From Elusimicrobiota bacterium (lineage in GTDB: Bacteria; Elusimicrobiota; Elusimicrobia; Elusimicrobiales; UBA9959), in contig JAINCQ010000028.1 of assembly GCA_036574205.1 (NCBI GenBank), forward strand, positions 1-64,000: 64,000 nt of DNA. Direction: 5' to 3'. The position numbers and the translations under genes are program-made. This document shows positions 15,001-21,833 of the stretch, one piece after another. The notes below the pieces were generated by a model. The model had not been told where the DNA came from and made no database searches. It saw nothing but the letters and a program-made list of their open reading frames with translations. Numbering within the stretch: position 1 is the first letter of the stretch; every line of letters begins with the position of its first letter.

Positions 15001-15243
15001 TTGGCTGAATTTAATAGTAATTATCCTATAAAAGCTATGCCAGTTGAATTTAATGGTGTGGTTTATTTTGCCGCTGGAAAATATGTATATGCAATAGATT
15101 TAGCTTCCTTTCAGTTGAAGGAAGGATGGCCTATTTATATAGGAAGTGAGATAAAAGCAAATTTTGTTCTTGATGCCTGGGAAGGTAATATAATGTTTTC
15201 TACCAATGATGGAAGAAGTCATATGATTGAGCTATGGGAGTAG
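1..15243 (+). CDS. Giant repetitive surface/secreted protein (>5077 aa, N-terminus outside the window): about 20 Ig-like repeats of ~112 aa, Fn3-like domains, two propeller-like blocks, two lamin-tail domains and a C-terminal PQQ/BamB-like beta-propeller
   Basis: The frame is open from base 1 and starts mid-repeat (VNVMNVSFSWN resembles internal LSVNFSWN/LTVNFSWG). Recurrent motif DTxxPxIxDNQxGDDxW...YDVDFxD...GTNYVSVRVYDxAxN. Lamin-tail motifs IFINEVYP...DWVELYN and IKINEI...FIELYN. PQQ-type repeats (VYIGATDG, IYSSPF) at the end. Confidence 0.85.
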   Translation, partial: VNVMNVSFSWNASVDSLSGVMGYEIVISTDNNFSVIYSSDFVSGLNKSISLSEGLYYWKVRAKDNALNFSDFSSVFTILVDTTLPEIIDNQEGDDVERSSNVATYNVSFEDYGSLLYKFQIKATTAPNGGGELVFDWSDVAVNINSTTYSGGWQITNTQFDLLKPGTNYISIRVYDNAQNVSISTDVFYIVKSAGIPTIIDNQTGDDIWISSNSRQYDVDFEDNSAIEKFEVKTSSYNAQWYLVLDKIGRSSYTLDWSLPEDFWELLPGGTNYISVRVWDKDNNYSIQDNVFYVLKDTIPPQGMPTSPTYINNYTFNLYYSTSDDTSGVDYVELYYTYETVAPFNWIKYGSTFSLNPIVFTSTQSGYVGFKIIAYDKAQNQEEGLPDSTTTYEFQTIIDLTNPLIVKNQTGDDVWRNSGETLYDVDFKSAGLSPLYKAQYKAVDGNGNTVIDWSDIANVYGMSEYKTNWGVDFNLLRSSYNYISVRTSNLAGTTTTLSNAFYIKKDTDLPQIADSQSGDNLWRGMNDGYYDVDFTDNFSGIYKFQVKSTTGPNQSGVVTSDWTDVISNINSFSYTLNWQLPQQVFDNMASGINYVSVKVYDIAGNISVSTDVFYVLKDTQPALINDNQDGDDVWRSTASGLYKVYFEDLGQSGLNKFQIKLTTGPNQSGLVISDWVDVITNINDQTYNIDWEIPASIFNLMQNGTNYVTARVSDNANHLRLPTDVFYVLKDNLSPVVTNNHSGDNFWHSMNDGYYDVDFTDNISGIYKFQVRSSTGPNQSGVVTSDWTDVISNINSFSYTLNWQLPQEVFDNMFDGINYVSVRLYDVAGNISVSTDVFYVLKDTQPALINDNQDGDDIWRSTGSGLYSVYFEDLGQSGLNKFQIKVTTGQGQSGLVISDWVDVITNINEQTYNIDWEIPASIFNLMQNGTNYVSVRVYDNANNVRVSTDVFYVLKDTVPPYSISDLNASTGNEGEINITFTSPSDTDDTAVSSYIVKYATFNITSDNFDLAQTYQQSWQPAPGNNLESKTITELLANTLYYIAIKSIDKAGNVSNISNVVSAISGSDVTPPAAISDLNAYPGSDIAPGSIVVEFTATGDNQSIGSASGYKLRWRNDGAITDENLWQSATEYIQSWQPKASGEKESFVLYGFEVGTTYYFNIRAYDEANNISGLSNSTYTYGATSPPRDGIIVYQSGTGNVAIYRRYSPPNFGLDYSLPVSDAGATSIVRHVIVRSSPFRNEMIAGILSSDGVLQIMRYNGATNQWTKEWSTTTITATNSAYRGFDIAYEQISGRAMVLYNGVIAGTLYYNIYDGENWSGAVTLSTGSAYAVAWVRLEPGPNSNEFMAVFSKLTSLELYAIKWNGTNWQDGYQLRNGVGVTTMQDFDLAWTNDGSKCLVVFGAGNIGYAQTRIYSGIWATGPNFSLQGANGTIRYIVAKSDPNSKYIGVASFDTGADWNANIYDSDSNIFISQATENPLIRAIANQNRPIDAIWDNSSKFIIAAAHNSSYGVLWASWTVNNGWAISLANAPVFTGWSNRINGVKLENDKDLNSVYLCANSVTSNDLRCARFTGADWEFISPNPLTTNLTANTYQPYYFATTRHDVISPTITDYQTGDDIWRSSNTAYYDIDATDAGGSGLRFIQTKIYTGPGKTGSLIEDWTAQASTSGVNFYYDNWRLTDETFNKLKEGINYVSVRAVDGAFNYSNEIVDAFYIKKDTTPPTAPLLNAPADGLRLNLLSVNFSWNSSSDYSSGVKDYEIIISTFNDFSQVLFSSSAPNTSIVIDLPYEGEYFWKVRARDNALNYSNYSSTWSILVDTTVPQIINNQTGDDIWISSNSRSYDVDFNDSGGSLLNKFQIKATTGPSETGTVIFNWSDVLVDINLSSYTDNWIVPQNLWNLLPNGTSYISVRVYDNAGNFSTSAGFYIRKDIISPQIINNQIGDNIWRNTNNAYYDVDFQDSGGSLIEKIQIKSSTGANFTGILNFDWIDFIIAVDSASYTQDFQLPPALWNNLKTGKNYMSFKVFDYAGNVTVSTDTFYILKDSTPPSTPILYSPDNNSNSLSSTINFNWYPSVDDASGIKEYLLYISTDEGFSVIYSSITAISTSVVVTLLPQRYFWKVVALDNALNYSQYSSTFSLFIDTVPPQIVNNQTGDDIWRNANNAYYDVDFIDSGGSLLSKFQIKATTGPDETGMVIFNWSDVVTNINFSSYSDNWTIPQDLWNLLPDGTSYISVKVYDNAGNFSNINAFYIKKDVTFPTIYDNQSGDDVWRAENTGFYNVDFYDATSFLNRFDVKITTGLNQTGTVIVDWTPLVTNINSNLYTEDWKITDSMFNLLPVGVNYVSVRVYDNAQNVSISTDVFYIRKDTMPVSIINNETFSHYGIWLNTNSLVYDIDAYSSGVSSLDRIEIAISTTGYGIEPYFISWTTAVLNINATYYTMDWGISDEIFGQLQSGLTNYVSVRVYNQANNKTTLSDAFLIFKDTVSSIYQNNISNEYIWHNSSSTLYDVDIIDLGGSGVLSFEVMASTSINGQNPLTSWVVAVSTPINKLSYTDNWALPQTVWTSLIEEVTNYISIKIYDVAYNTSTYYDVFKVFKDTTPPTITDNEPGDYYWRNDESGFYNVGFEDSGGSGLNKFQLRVSTNESSTSYYIDWMDNTLNLNTTYYNTPWQINSQIWSLIPEGTGYIDVRVFDNAGNFRVSPSHVFIVKKDTTAPSIPILISPLSESSTNSLTVNFSWGDSTDLLSGTTVYEIVVSTYESFDFIYYSTITVSTQLNISLPHEDKYFWKVRAKDIAGNWSTYSSSYSVIIDTTSPEIINNQPQNNLWISSNTGYYDIDFNDSGGSLLDKFQIKITTGPSFSGILITDWVDISTNINASSYTDNWQIPPNIWDLMQTGTNYVSVRVYDKAQNLELSTDTFYVLKDTITPAISINQSYDLWYSSDPGNIFNPEFSDYHSRLSSAAYYVYSQENKGGVFITSSTIFGPNLDSYSYTDSWSILFDNLKEGYNWVSIKAWDIAQNTTEYIDAFYVKKDTTSPLIEDLQEGDTNFYKANPGNIFNVNFYDYGVGISSVSLKITTGPYESGSVLVDGATIYYFETPQNSVAGKWGISDEIWNLLISSTNYVSIYAYDGLNQMSFKKDAFYIQKDTIVPAAITNLNAYNNLVPQDEGTIYLSWTASGDDGNVGVAKSYLIRYATYPINESNFESALVYNSTLTPKSAGEIELIKLDGLEPGNTYYAAIKVVDKANNISNVSNTTSTYATPDLTPPQAISDLNAIVGDFTGQIKLIWTAPGEGTKDNPGNNPVSGYVVKYATYPIDSSNFDSAQTYNQNWAPEQPQSLEERIMEGLEPETTYYIAIKSYDEVNNISQISNTTSTYAAPRGARDGILLYSKGGSATLKYKKYTPPNWSQEFDTGISFSGTVRWVVLKSLPVIRNIKIAAVIDSNNVLKVLKYDGVSDTWSDITPSPAPTPGSSVYRNFDLAVEQNNARVVFVYYNGTLGNVSYAVWSATQNAWGIAPSNLAMASLTGTINWLRLKEAPNSDKIALAVLDSNSDISASIWNGTSWIDNINLTLSGSIATQEAFDISWESQSGDLLALWGTGTTTNYRKWYSTSTWGATLQGPNVGNTVRWVRLCSSPLSDKIGLSVIYGATAWNVAIWRPSGTEGWSALPAADTAMSANDKRVTDCAWQSKTEKFVAVSVDNLGTYDNQFDWIVWQNGNWNPASPSVTIANSNTNFGSSNIKWVKLISDPDTDNIKFLGVDSINNLRTTVWSGSVWAGAGSSNNAYHGSVGDFNYEPFAFDFSRHDNIPPTIVDNQSGDDLWRNSNYATYSVFANDTGGSLLKDIQTKIFFQANLIEDWTTQVLSINATSYTQPWKLTDFTFNKLPQGQSNVYVRTVDNAGNYSNGIEAFYIRKDTTPPAIINNMPSGFSSTWTATGVGLINIDFTDRGGSGLSSATYSVWTSTNLSGINVVSDVLISSNINSNLYTDDWNIDFSLLANGTNYITVTVWDNANSSTTLVDAFKVLKDTIAPAQITDLVGSLGPTLGTVLLNFTSPGDDGSNGDNFQGGYIIKYATFAIINDVLFDMATTYNEAIIPKPQGETESIIIYSLDENTTYYFAVKTYDKANNLSLISNSASSMPQRSNIFINEVYPSGGSGEDWVELYNNTLQDFSLEGWKLVYKQGPVDSQAAEVDIWTGVSTDTILSGGFKLININLDLNSAQSYSLLLKNSAGKVVDKLQWPVLSAGQSFSRIYDGSKYFEVDLTPTGGYNNSLSSSTIKINEISFDSSWKFIELYNTTNTVVELNNYLLRNSNNTPFRFSRRVSSYSYTLVDDSSISLDGYNWIDAFGITGLKTDGDFLVLENEAGQTVDRVNWKQSLATLYLYNSSLALNAPYAPSANVSLVRFRGEGSDTNDDSYDFSQSSLMTPLSRNVAPSANSNLLIYPYQNAYLPPNFTIKLKLGEDFSQGYANMISFIRTGGNPDENSPHIFILNDIGFNLSNLSTQTVSFSYDSLVDIDGKKLNDGSIYKVLLVSDNSSASAPSVIVTSVTVNNIRNHINGYESGNKWLDENKYIDVFKLDVYNESKYEIKISTIVLKFQTTDYINLDTQQLRSILKEITIFKDSNYGNKGMYEYDIDNEDLVSVYNNNFNLSDGLLYISVSSTNFSAAIPSNSSATYFIVMVASDNASNATLNAFISSIELSSSTFIDKDNMISQPVILNYSSVESSFTVILATAIEGWSFDTGVISNINTTINYWSNVYIGATDGVLRTLDYYNGQLKWSFTTNPNSPIITSPLVSLSTGYVDTYLYFGCANGDIYKLKDNDTTYSLVWKTNISGVITSEIFDSDTKLYFGVNNNRIYCLNKADGNICDGWNFDSSIDSPITSPMAIDYRPDVNLGWVGLENGRMIAFRLNDGVVVNQFVSGGAIYSSPFVDSAYAQATNNIYVGSTDGKLYSRIAANLNVTPPYWSDLNTLSPIYSSPFKVPYSDYIIIGNNAGKLYKVSASSGVVLAEFNSNYPIKAMPVEFNGVVYFAAGKYVYAIDLASFQLKEGWPIYIGSEIKANFVLDAWEGNIMFSTNDGRSHMIELWE
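1549..2868 (+). repeat. Intragenic tandem duplication, 675-bp period (two Ig-like units per copy)
   Basis: 1549-2193 aligns with 2224-2868 at a constant 675-nt offset with long identical stretches. Confidence 0.9.
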
Positions 15244-15247
15244 TTAT

Positions 15248-18200
15248 ATGAAAAAGTTTTTTTTAATATTTTTTATTGTTTCAGCGCAAAATTTAAAAGC
15301 AGATTGGTCTTCTTTTATGGGTAATTATGAAAGAAATGCCTTTAAACCTGTTTCACTCAAAATCCCTTTTACTAAAGCTTATGATGATATTAAAGTGCCT
15401 GGATCTATATTATCATCTCCTGTTATTTATAATAAAAAGCTTGTTATTACAACAAGGTTTGGGTATATAATTGCTTTTGATATTGAAAATGGCAGGTGGC
15501 TGTGGGATTATTCAAGTTCAGGATTTATTGATGCTACTCCTTCTGTTGTATCTAATACAGTAGTTGTTCCTTCTATGGACGGCTATCTTTATGCGATTGA
15601 TTTAAATAGTAGTGGTAATGGCTTAATTAAATGGCAGACTGATCTTGGCGCCCCATCTGTTTCAAGCCCACTCATATACAAAAATAAAGTTTATGTTGGT
15701 GTGGGTGTACCTGAAAATTCACTTAAAATAGTAGATTTTTATGATGGTAAGGTTTTGAAAACTTTAAAATTTGAAAAACCAATAAACTCAGCAGTAGCTT
15801 TGTGCTCTGATAGAATTATCTTTGGTGGAAATGATGGAAGGATCTATTCAATAGATGAAAACGGAGGGGATTTAAAATATTATCCAACATCTGGCGGAAA
15901 TTTTAATATGAAGGCAATATCCTGTCATAACAGTAGATTATACGCTTTACCCGGTTATGATGAAAGGAGTCTTTATAAATTTGATACAAACTTAAACCTG
16001 ATTTTAAAAACAACTGATCTTACTCAAAATACAGGAAGTGATGTGTGGAACTGGCAACATACCTCATCTATTGCGCTTTCAACATATGCCGCTTATTTTG
16101 TCGTTGGTAATTCAGCTACATATTTATATGGTATAAATCAAGATTTTTCATCGGTGGTTTTTTCATCTTTTCCTATAGGAGTCATCTCAGATTATAACAT
16201 TGTAGCCTCACCTGCGCTTTCAAACGATTATATATTTCTTACAACAAATCTGGGAAAGTTTTATGTTATAGATTCAACTGGCGGAACTGTGTTATATGAC
16301 GATATCCTTTCTTCATCCTCTTACTCAGTTCCTGCAATATCTGATGGATATATTGCTGTTACTTCTGTTGATGGATCTATTGCAGTCTATAAAGCTTTAA
16401 GTTACATTGATTTTGATATAAGAGATGAGGAGATAATAACCTCAACATATCCTATTAAAATAAACGCGCTGAATCCTGATGCAACTTATTATATTCTTGA
16501 TTATTCATCTGATATGGAAAACTATAATTTTCTTATTTCAATTAACTTTGCAAAATCACAAGACGAATTAAAATCTTATATTATATACAACTGGGATACA
16601 ACACAAATTGAAAATGGAGTTTATTATTTAAGGATTCGCTATGGGGACCTGTATGCTATAAAAAGGATAAGGATAAATCAAAAACCATTACCCCCACAAA
16701 ATCTTGTGGTTTATGATAATCCCAACGATAATTGTAATAAATTGATACTTAACTGGCAAAGTGAAAAGGATTATACTTATAGGATATATAGAAAAAAATT
16801 AGATGAAAATAATTTTTCATTAATAACATCAACGACTGGAAAGTCATATATTGATAATACGGCTTTATGTGGAACCACTTTTACTTATGTGGTTAGTGCA
16901 TATGATGGATTTATGGAAAGTGATTACTCAAATTATGCTTGGGGTTTTTCAATAAATGACAATCCTTTAAATGATAATATAGCTCCTTCAAAGGTAAATG
17001 ATCTTTCAGCTTCAGAAGGATCTTGTGGAGGAAGTGTAGCATTGTTTTGGACTGAAAGTGGCGATGATGATGTGATAGGAAAAGCAAATAATTATGAAAT
17101 AGGATATAGTAGCTTTTTACCTTTTGTCTGGGAAGATTCTGTTATATCTACTGGACAGGTAAATGCTATGGCTGGTTCTATTGAAAATGCTATTGTGAGT
17201 AATTTATTTTATGGTGTTACATATTATTTTGCTGTAAAGGTATATGATTATGCTCAAAACTCAAGTGAGCTATCAAATCTGGCAACTAGTTTTGCAAAGA
17301 TAGATTTAACTCTGCCAGCGCCGCCAACTAATTTTGTAGTTTATGATGCAGATGGAGATAGAGGGGGAAAGCTTGTTCTTGAATGGGATCTTTCAGATGA
17401 TGATTTTAAAACTGGTTGTGATGAAAAGATATATGGCTATAAAATATTTAGATCTACTCTGCCGACATTCAATTATTCAGTTTATTATGCAACAGTAAAT
17501 CCAGGTGTTAATGGATACATAGATAAAAACGCAGTAGCAGGTATAAGATATTATTATAAGGTTTGTGCTTATGATTCCTCAAATTTATCTTGTTCTCAAA
17601 CAAAAGATGGTATTTCAGCTGATAATTACAGGTTTGTGAGTGTGGAATATGGTGGGCAGATTGTGGATTTAAGCGGGGGTAAGATTTTTATCCCACAAAA
17701 CTCATTAAACCAGAATGATTATCTTATCTTTTATAAATTATCAAAGGAAGATATCACCAGATTTTTAAATTTATCTTCTTTTAGAGCTTCTTCAAATTTA
17801 AATTTTAAACCAACTGAGATAGTATATAAACTTGAAAGCTCAAATCCTAACACAAAACTCCTTTCAAATGCCACAATTACCATTCCATACGTTTCAACTC
17901 AGATAGCTCACATAGTCGAGGATAATTTAAGGATGTATTATTATGATAATGGAAAATGGACTTTACTCAGGAATTCAAAACTGAATAAGGAGTTAAAATA
18001 TGTTGAAGCAAGTTTTGATAAATTTGGATATTATGGAGTTTTTGGTTATGAACCTCAAGGAAGCGTATTTGATGATGAATGGGTTTATGTATATCCAAAT
18101 CCAGCAAGGGGTGATAAGATAACATTTAAATTTGTGGTAAATTATAAATCAGATGTTGAAATAGAAATTTACAATGTTGCCGGGGAGATTATAGATAAGC

Positions 18201-18349
18201 TTGAGAGAAAAAACTGTGATGGGGGAATAATAACCGAGATTGACTGGAGCATAAAAAACATAGCAAGCGGTGTTTATGTTTATCTTTTTAAAGCAGATGG
18301 AGAAGGTGGAAAGAAAAAGGTTATAAAGAAATTTGCTGTGATAAAATGA
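15248..18349 (+). CDS. Secreted PQQ-like beta-propeller / Fn3 protein with a T9SS type-A-like C-terminal sorting domain
   Basis: ATG 15248 follows GGGAG. Signal peptide MKKFFLIFFIVSAQNLKA. PQQ repeats (SSPVIY, DATPSV, SSPLIY) and Fn3 motifs. C-terminus YVYPNP...IEIYNVAGE...IASGVYVY...KKFAVIK. Confidence 0.8.
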   Translation: MKKFFLIFFIVSAQNLKADWSSFMGNYERNAFKPVSLKIPFTKAYDDIKVPGSILSSPVIYNKKLVITTRFGYIIAFDIENGRWLWDYSSSGFIDATPSVVSNTVVVPSMDGYLYAIDLNSSGNGLIKWQTDLGAPSVSSPLIYKNKVYVGVGVPENSLKIVDFYDGKVLKTLKFEKPINSAVALCSDRIIFGGNDGRIYSIDENGGDLKYYPTSGGNFNMKAISCHNSRLYALPGYDERSLYKFDTNLNLILKTTDLTQNTGSDVWNWQHTSSIALSTYAAYFVVGNSATYLYGINQDFSSVVFSSFPIGVISDYNIVASPALSNDYIFLTTNLGKFYVIDSTGGTVLYDDILSSSSYSVPAISDGYIAVTSVDGSIAVYKALSYIDFDIRDEEIITSTYPIKINALNPDATYYILDYSSDMENYNFLISINFAKSQDELKSYIIYNWDTTQIENGVYYLRIRYGDLYAIKRIRINQKPLPPQNLVVYDNPNDNCNKLILNWQSEKDYTYRIYRKKLDENNFSLITSTTGKSYIDNTALCGTTFTYVVSAYDGFMESDYSNYAWGFSINDNPLNDNIAPSKVNDLSASEGSCGGSVALFWTESGDDDVIGKANNYEIGYSSFLPFVWEDSVISTGQVNAMAGSIENAIVSNLFYGVTYYFAVKVYDYAQNSSELSNLATSFAKIDLTLPAPPTNFVVYDADGDRGGKLVLEWDLSDDDFKTGCDEKIYGYKIFRSTLPTFNYSVYYATVNPGVNGYIDKNAVAGIRYYYKVCAYDSSNLSCSQTKDGISADNYRFVSVEYGGQIVDLSGGKIFIPQNSLNQNDYLIFYKLSKEDITRFLNLSSFRASSNLNFKPTEIVYKLESSNPNTKLLSNATITIPYVSTQIAHIVEDNLRMYYYDNGKWTLLRNSKLNKELKYVEASFDKFGYYGVFGYEPQGSVFDDEWVYVYPNPARGDKITFKFVVNYKSDVEIEIYNVAGEIIDKLERKNCDGGIITEIDWSIKNIASGVYVYLFKADGEGGKKKVIKKFAVIK

Positions 18350-18375
18350 GATAAAATTTTTTATGAGAAGGTTTT

Positions 18376-19347
18376 ATGAGAAAACTTTTTAAAGCAGTAC
18401 TTATTTCTATATTGTTTTTCAGTCTATCATTTAATTATTTATCTGCTCAAAAAATATATCCTTCAGCTGGAACTCTTTCGGCTTATTTTTTAAAAATTCC
18501 ATTAGGACCAAGACCATCCTCAATGGCACAGGCATTTGCTTCAATTGATAAAGATCCATATTCTTTTTACTATAACCCTGCAGGTCAGCTATTGGATAAT
18601 AAAGTTTTAACGTTAGCGCATAACAGACATTTTGCTGATTTTAACCAGTTTTTTGTTGGTTATGGTGTTAAAGCTAATTTAGATTTTTTGCCGGGGAAAG
18701 ATAAATATTTATTTTTTTCATTAAATTATTTTTATACATCAAATCTTGAAGAAAGGAGTGGAGAATACGAGTCAGATCCTTTTAATCCAGGCCCTGTAGA
18801 AGGAAATTTTAAGGCTGGTGATATCTGCTTTTCTTTAAACTATGCTTTTTCGTATTCATCTAATTCATTATTTGGTGTGGGGTTAAAATATATAAATCAA
18901 AAAATATCTGATGAAAGTGGTTATAGCTTTGCTTTTGATATTGGAGTTATTAAAAAAACAAAAATATACGGGAAAGACATTAATCTTGGATTTTCAATTC
19001 TTAATATTGGTCCCGGCATAAAGTTTATTTCTAAAAGATACGATTTGCCTCTTACTTTTAGATTGGGAAGTTCATTATATTTAAATTCTCTTTTATTGAG
19101 TTTTGACATAACAAAATATATAGACAACTATCCATATTTTTCTTTGGGGTTTGAGAATAAAATAGGAAAATATCTTTTTATAAGAATTGGATACAGATAC
19201 AGGCTTTATGGAAATGAGCTGGGATTCTGGTCTGGTTTTTCAACAGGATTGGGTTTTGAATATAACAGGTTGATTTTTGATTATTCCCTAAATCCCTATG
19301 GTGATCTGGGATATTCTCATAAAATAGGCTTATCAATTAAATATTGA
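18376..19347 (+). CDS. PorV/PorQ-like (FadL-like) outer-membrane beta-barrel
   Basis: Signal peptide, N-terminal FLKIPLGPRPSSMAQAF...YYNPAG plug motif, amphipathic strands and a terminal aromatic residue (IGLSIKY). Confidence 0.75.
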   Translation: MRKLFKAVLISILFFSLSFNYLSAQKIYPSAGTLSAYFLKIPLGPRPSSMAQAFASIDKDPYSFYYNPAGQLLDNKVLTLAHNRHFADFNQFFVGYGVKANLDFLPGKDKYLFFSLNYFYTSNLEERSGEYESDPFNPGPVEGNFKAGDICFSLNYAFSYSSNSLFGVGLKYINQKISDESGYSFAFDIGVIKKTKIYGKDINLGFSILNIGPGIKFISKRYDLPLTFRLGSSLYLNSLLLSFDITKYIDNYPYFSLGFENKIGKYLFIRIGYRYRLYGNELGFWSGFSTGLGFEYNRLIFDYSLNPYGDLGYSHKIGLSIKY

Positions 19348-19391
19348 TCTCTGGATTAATAAAAAATCTTTTATTTTGCTAAAATTTAATT

Positions 19392-20771
19392 ATGCCAGAT
19401 AAAGCAGTCTTAATCCTTGCGGCAGGCCTTGGGACGAGGATGAAGTCTGATATTCCCAAGGTTTTACATACTTTTGACAACAAGCCACTTATAATCAGAC
19501 TCCTTGAAAAAATTGAAAAATTGAAAATTAAAAATATAATAATTGTTGTGGGATATAAGGCTGAGTTTGTTGTTGATGTCGTAAAAAAATGGAATGCTAA
19601 CAAAGGATTTAATATAGTATTTGTTTATCAGAAGCTTCTTAAAGGGAGTGGTCAGGCTGTAGTTGAATCAGCAAAAGAAATTAAAAAATTTGAGGATATT
19701 TTCATTATATCTGGAGATATCCCACTTATAAGCCTCAAGACGCTTAAAGGAATGCTTAGAAATTATGATAATAAAAAGATTGATGCTTTGATTTTAACCG
19801 CCACAGTTTCAGATACAAAAAGCTATGGCAGGATAATCAGGGATAACAATAAAAATGTGAAGGCTATTGTTGAGGCAGACGAATTAAAAGGTGATGAGAA
19901 ACTTATAAATGAAATAAATGGCGGGGTATATATATTTAAAACAAAAAAACTTTTAGAAGCTATTAGGGATTTAAAGCCTAAGGGATTAAAAAAAGAATAT
20001 TATTTGACAGATGCTATAGAAAATATTTATAAATCTGGTGGTAAGATTGATACCTTTATTATATCTGATGAGGATGAGATATCAGGTCCAAACTCAAAGA
20101 AAGAACTTAATGAACTTGAAAAAAGGTATTATATGAAAAATGCAATTAAACTTGGCGAAGAAGGTGTGAGCATAAAATCTCCAGAGTTTTCATATATATC
20201 TGAGACGGTTGAAATAGCCAGAGATACAATCATATATCCCGATACGCATATATATGGAAATTCAAAGATAGGTAAAAATTGTTCAATTGGACCATATGTA
20301 ATAATAGAGGATTCAATAATAAAGGATAACTGCACTATAAAGCCTTTTAGCTATATATCAAAAAGCGTAATCAGGGAAGGTTCTATAGTTGGTCCATTTT
20401 CGCATATAAGACCTGAATCTGATATAGGTCCTGATGCCAAGATAGGGAATTTTTCTGAGATAAAAAAATCTAAGATAGGTAAGGGTTCAAAGGTTCCTCA
20501 TTTAAGCTATATTGGCGATTGCGAGATGGGTGAAAAAGTCAATATAGGGGCGGGGACTATTACCTGTAATTATGATGGAGTTAAAAAACATAAAACGACT
20601 ATTAACTCTGGAGCTTTTATAGGCTCAAATACTAATCTTGTTGCTCCAGTAAGGATAGGGAAAAATGCTTTAATTGGAGCTGGCTCTACCATAACGATCG
20701 ATATCCCTGACAATAAACTTGCGATAGCGCGATCCAGAGAAGTTATAAAAGAAAAAAAGAGGAAGGTATGA
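19392..20771 (+). CDS. glmU: Bifunctional UDP-GlcNAc pyrophosphorylase / glucosamine-1-phosphate N-acetyltransferase
   Basis: ILAAGLGTRMKS, EYYLTD, hexapeptide repeats, HLSYIGD, GAGTITCNYDG. Confidence 0.97.
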   Translation: MPDKAVLILAAGLGTRMKSDIPKVLHTFDNKPLIIRLLEKIEKLKIKNIIIVVGYKAEFVVDVVKKWNANKGFNIVFVYQKLLKGSGQAVVESAKEIKKFEDIFIISGDIPLISLKTLKGMLRNYDNKKIDALILTATVSDTKSYGRIIRDNNKNVKAIVEADELKGDEKLINEINGGVYIFKTKKLLEAIRDLKPKGLKKEYYLTDAIENIYKSGGKIDTFIISDEDEISGPNSKKELNELEKRYYMKNAIKLGEEGVSIKSPEFSYISETVEIARDTIIYPDTHIYGNSKIGKNCSIGPYVIIEDSIIKDNCTIKPFSYISKSVIREGSIVGPFSHIRPESDIGPDAKIGNFSEIKKSKIGKGSKVPHLSYIGDCEMGEKVNIGAGTITCNYDGVKKHKTTINSGAFIGSNTNLVAPVRIGKNALIGAGSTITIDIPDNKLAIARSREVIKEKKRKV

Positions 20772-21718
20772 GAAAATACTGGGAACAAGGAGAATTAAAA
20801 TTATTTTGTGGCAATTCAAATCCTTCACTTGCCATTAAAATATCGGAACTTATTGGCATACCGCTTGGCAAGATTAAAGTTTCAAGGTTTGCTGATGGTG
20901 AGATAGAGGTAAGGATACTTGAGAATGTTCGTGGAGCTGATTGTTATGTACTTCAGTCAACATCTCGTCCTGTAAATGAAAATTTGATGGAACTTTTGAT
21001 TATGATAGATGCATTTAAAAGAGCAAGCGCGGCAAGAATCATAGCAGTTATTCCTTATTTTGGATATGCCAGAGCAGATAGAAAAGCTGAACCAAGGGTT
21101 CCAATAAGCGCAAAGCTGGTTGCAAATCTTCTTACAATAGCAGGAGCGGATAGGGTTATAACAATAGACCTTCACGCTCCACAAATACAGGGTTTTTTTG
21201 ATATACCCGTGGATAATCTTTATGCAAGGCCTGTATTTCTTGAATATATAAATAATATCGGATTTTCAAATGCTGTGGTCGTATCCCCGGATATTGGCAG
21301 TGTTGATAGAGCAAGGTCTTTTGCAAAAAGACTTGATTTGGGGCTTGTTATCGTTGATAAAAGAAGACCGAAACCCAATCAGGCTGAGGTTTATAATATC
21401 ATAGGAAATGTCAATGGAATGAACTGCCTTGTATTTGATGATATGATAGACACAGGGGGAACACTTACCGCAGTAGCCAGAGCAATTAAAAATGCTGGCG
21501 CTTCAAGGATAATAGCTTTTGCCACACATGGCGTACTTTCAAAAGATGCGATTGAAAGAATAAACAACTCTGATATAGAAGAGGTAGTTTTTACTGATAC
21601 AATACCAATTGACACCACAAAAAGCAATAAAATCAAGGTTGTAAGTGTTGCCAGAATACTTGCTGAGGCTATTAGAAGAAATCACTTACGTGAATCCATA
21701 AGCGAGCTGTTTGATTAA
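20768..21718 (+). CDS. prs: Ribose-phosphate pyrophosphokinase
   Basis: FADGE, PYFGYARADRK, DLHAPQIQGFF, DDMIDTGGT; follows glmU. Confidence 0.97.
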   Translation: MRKYWEQGELKLFCGNSNPSLAIKISELIGIPLGKIKVSRFADGEIEVRILENVRGADCYVLQSTSRPVNENLMELLIMIDAFKRASAARIIAVIPYFGYARADRKAEPRVPISAKLVANLLTIAGADRVITIDLHAPQIQGFFDIPVDNLYARPVFLEYINNIGFSNAVVVSPDIGSVDRARSFAKRLDLGLVIVDKRRPKPNQAEVYNIIGNVNGMNCLVFDDMIDTGGTLTAVARAIKNAGASRIIAFATHGVLSKDAIERINNSDIEEVVFTDTIPIDTTKSNKIKVVSVARILAEAIRRNHLRESISELFD

Positions 21719-21751
21719 ATAAGTAATATATAAATCAGAATAAATTGAATA

Positions 21752-21819
21752 GGACTTTTTTCCTATTGAAATAAGGGACCAGAAAAGCTTGTAATATTGC
21801 TTTTTTAATATTATAAAAT
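21752..21819 (+). promoter_or_regulatory. Paired GGAC-N4-GTCC-like operator plus putative sigma70 promoter
   Basis: ggacttttttcc (21752) - tattgaaataag - ggaccagaaaag (21776), then TTGTAA (21789) and TATAAA/TAAAAT (21812-21819). Same architecture at 56922, 58366 and 62151. Confidence 0.5.
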
Positions 21820-21833
21820 AGATAGAGGTGGTT

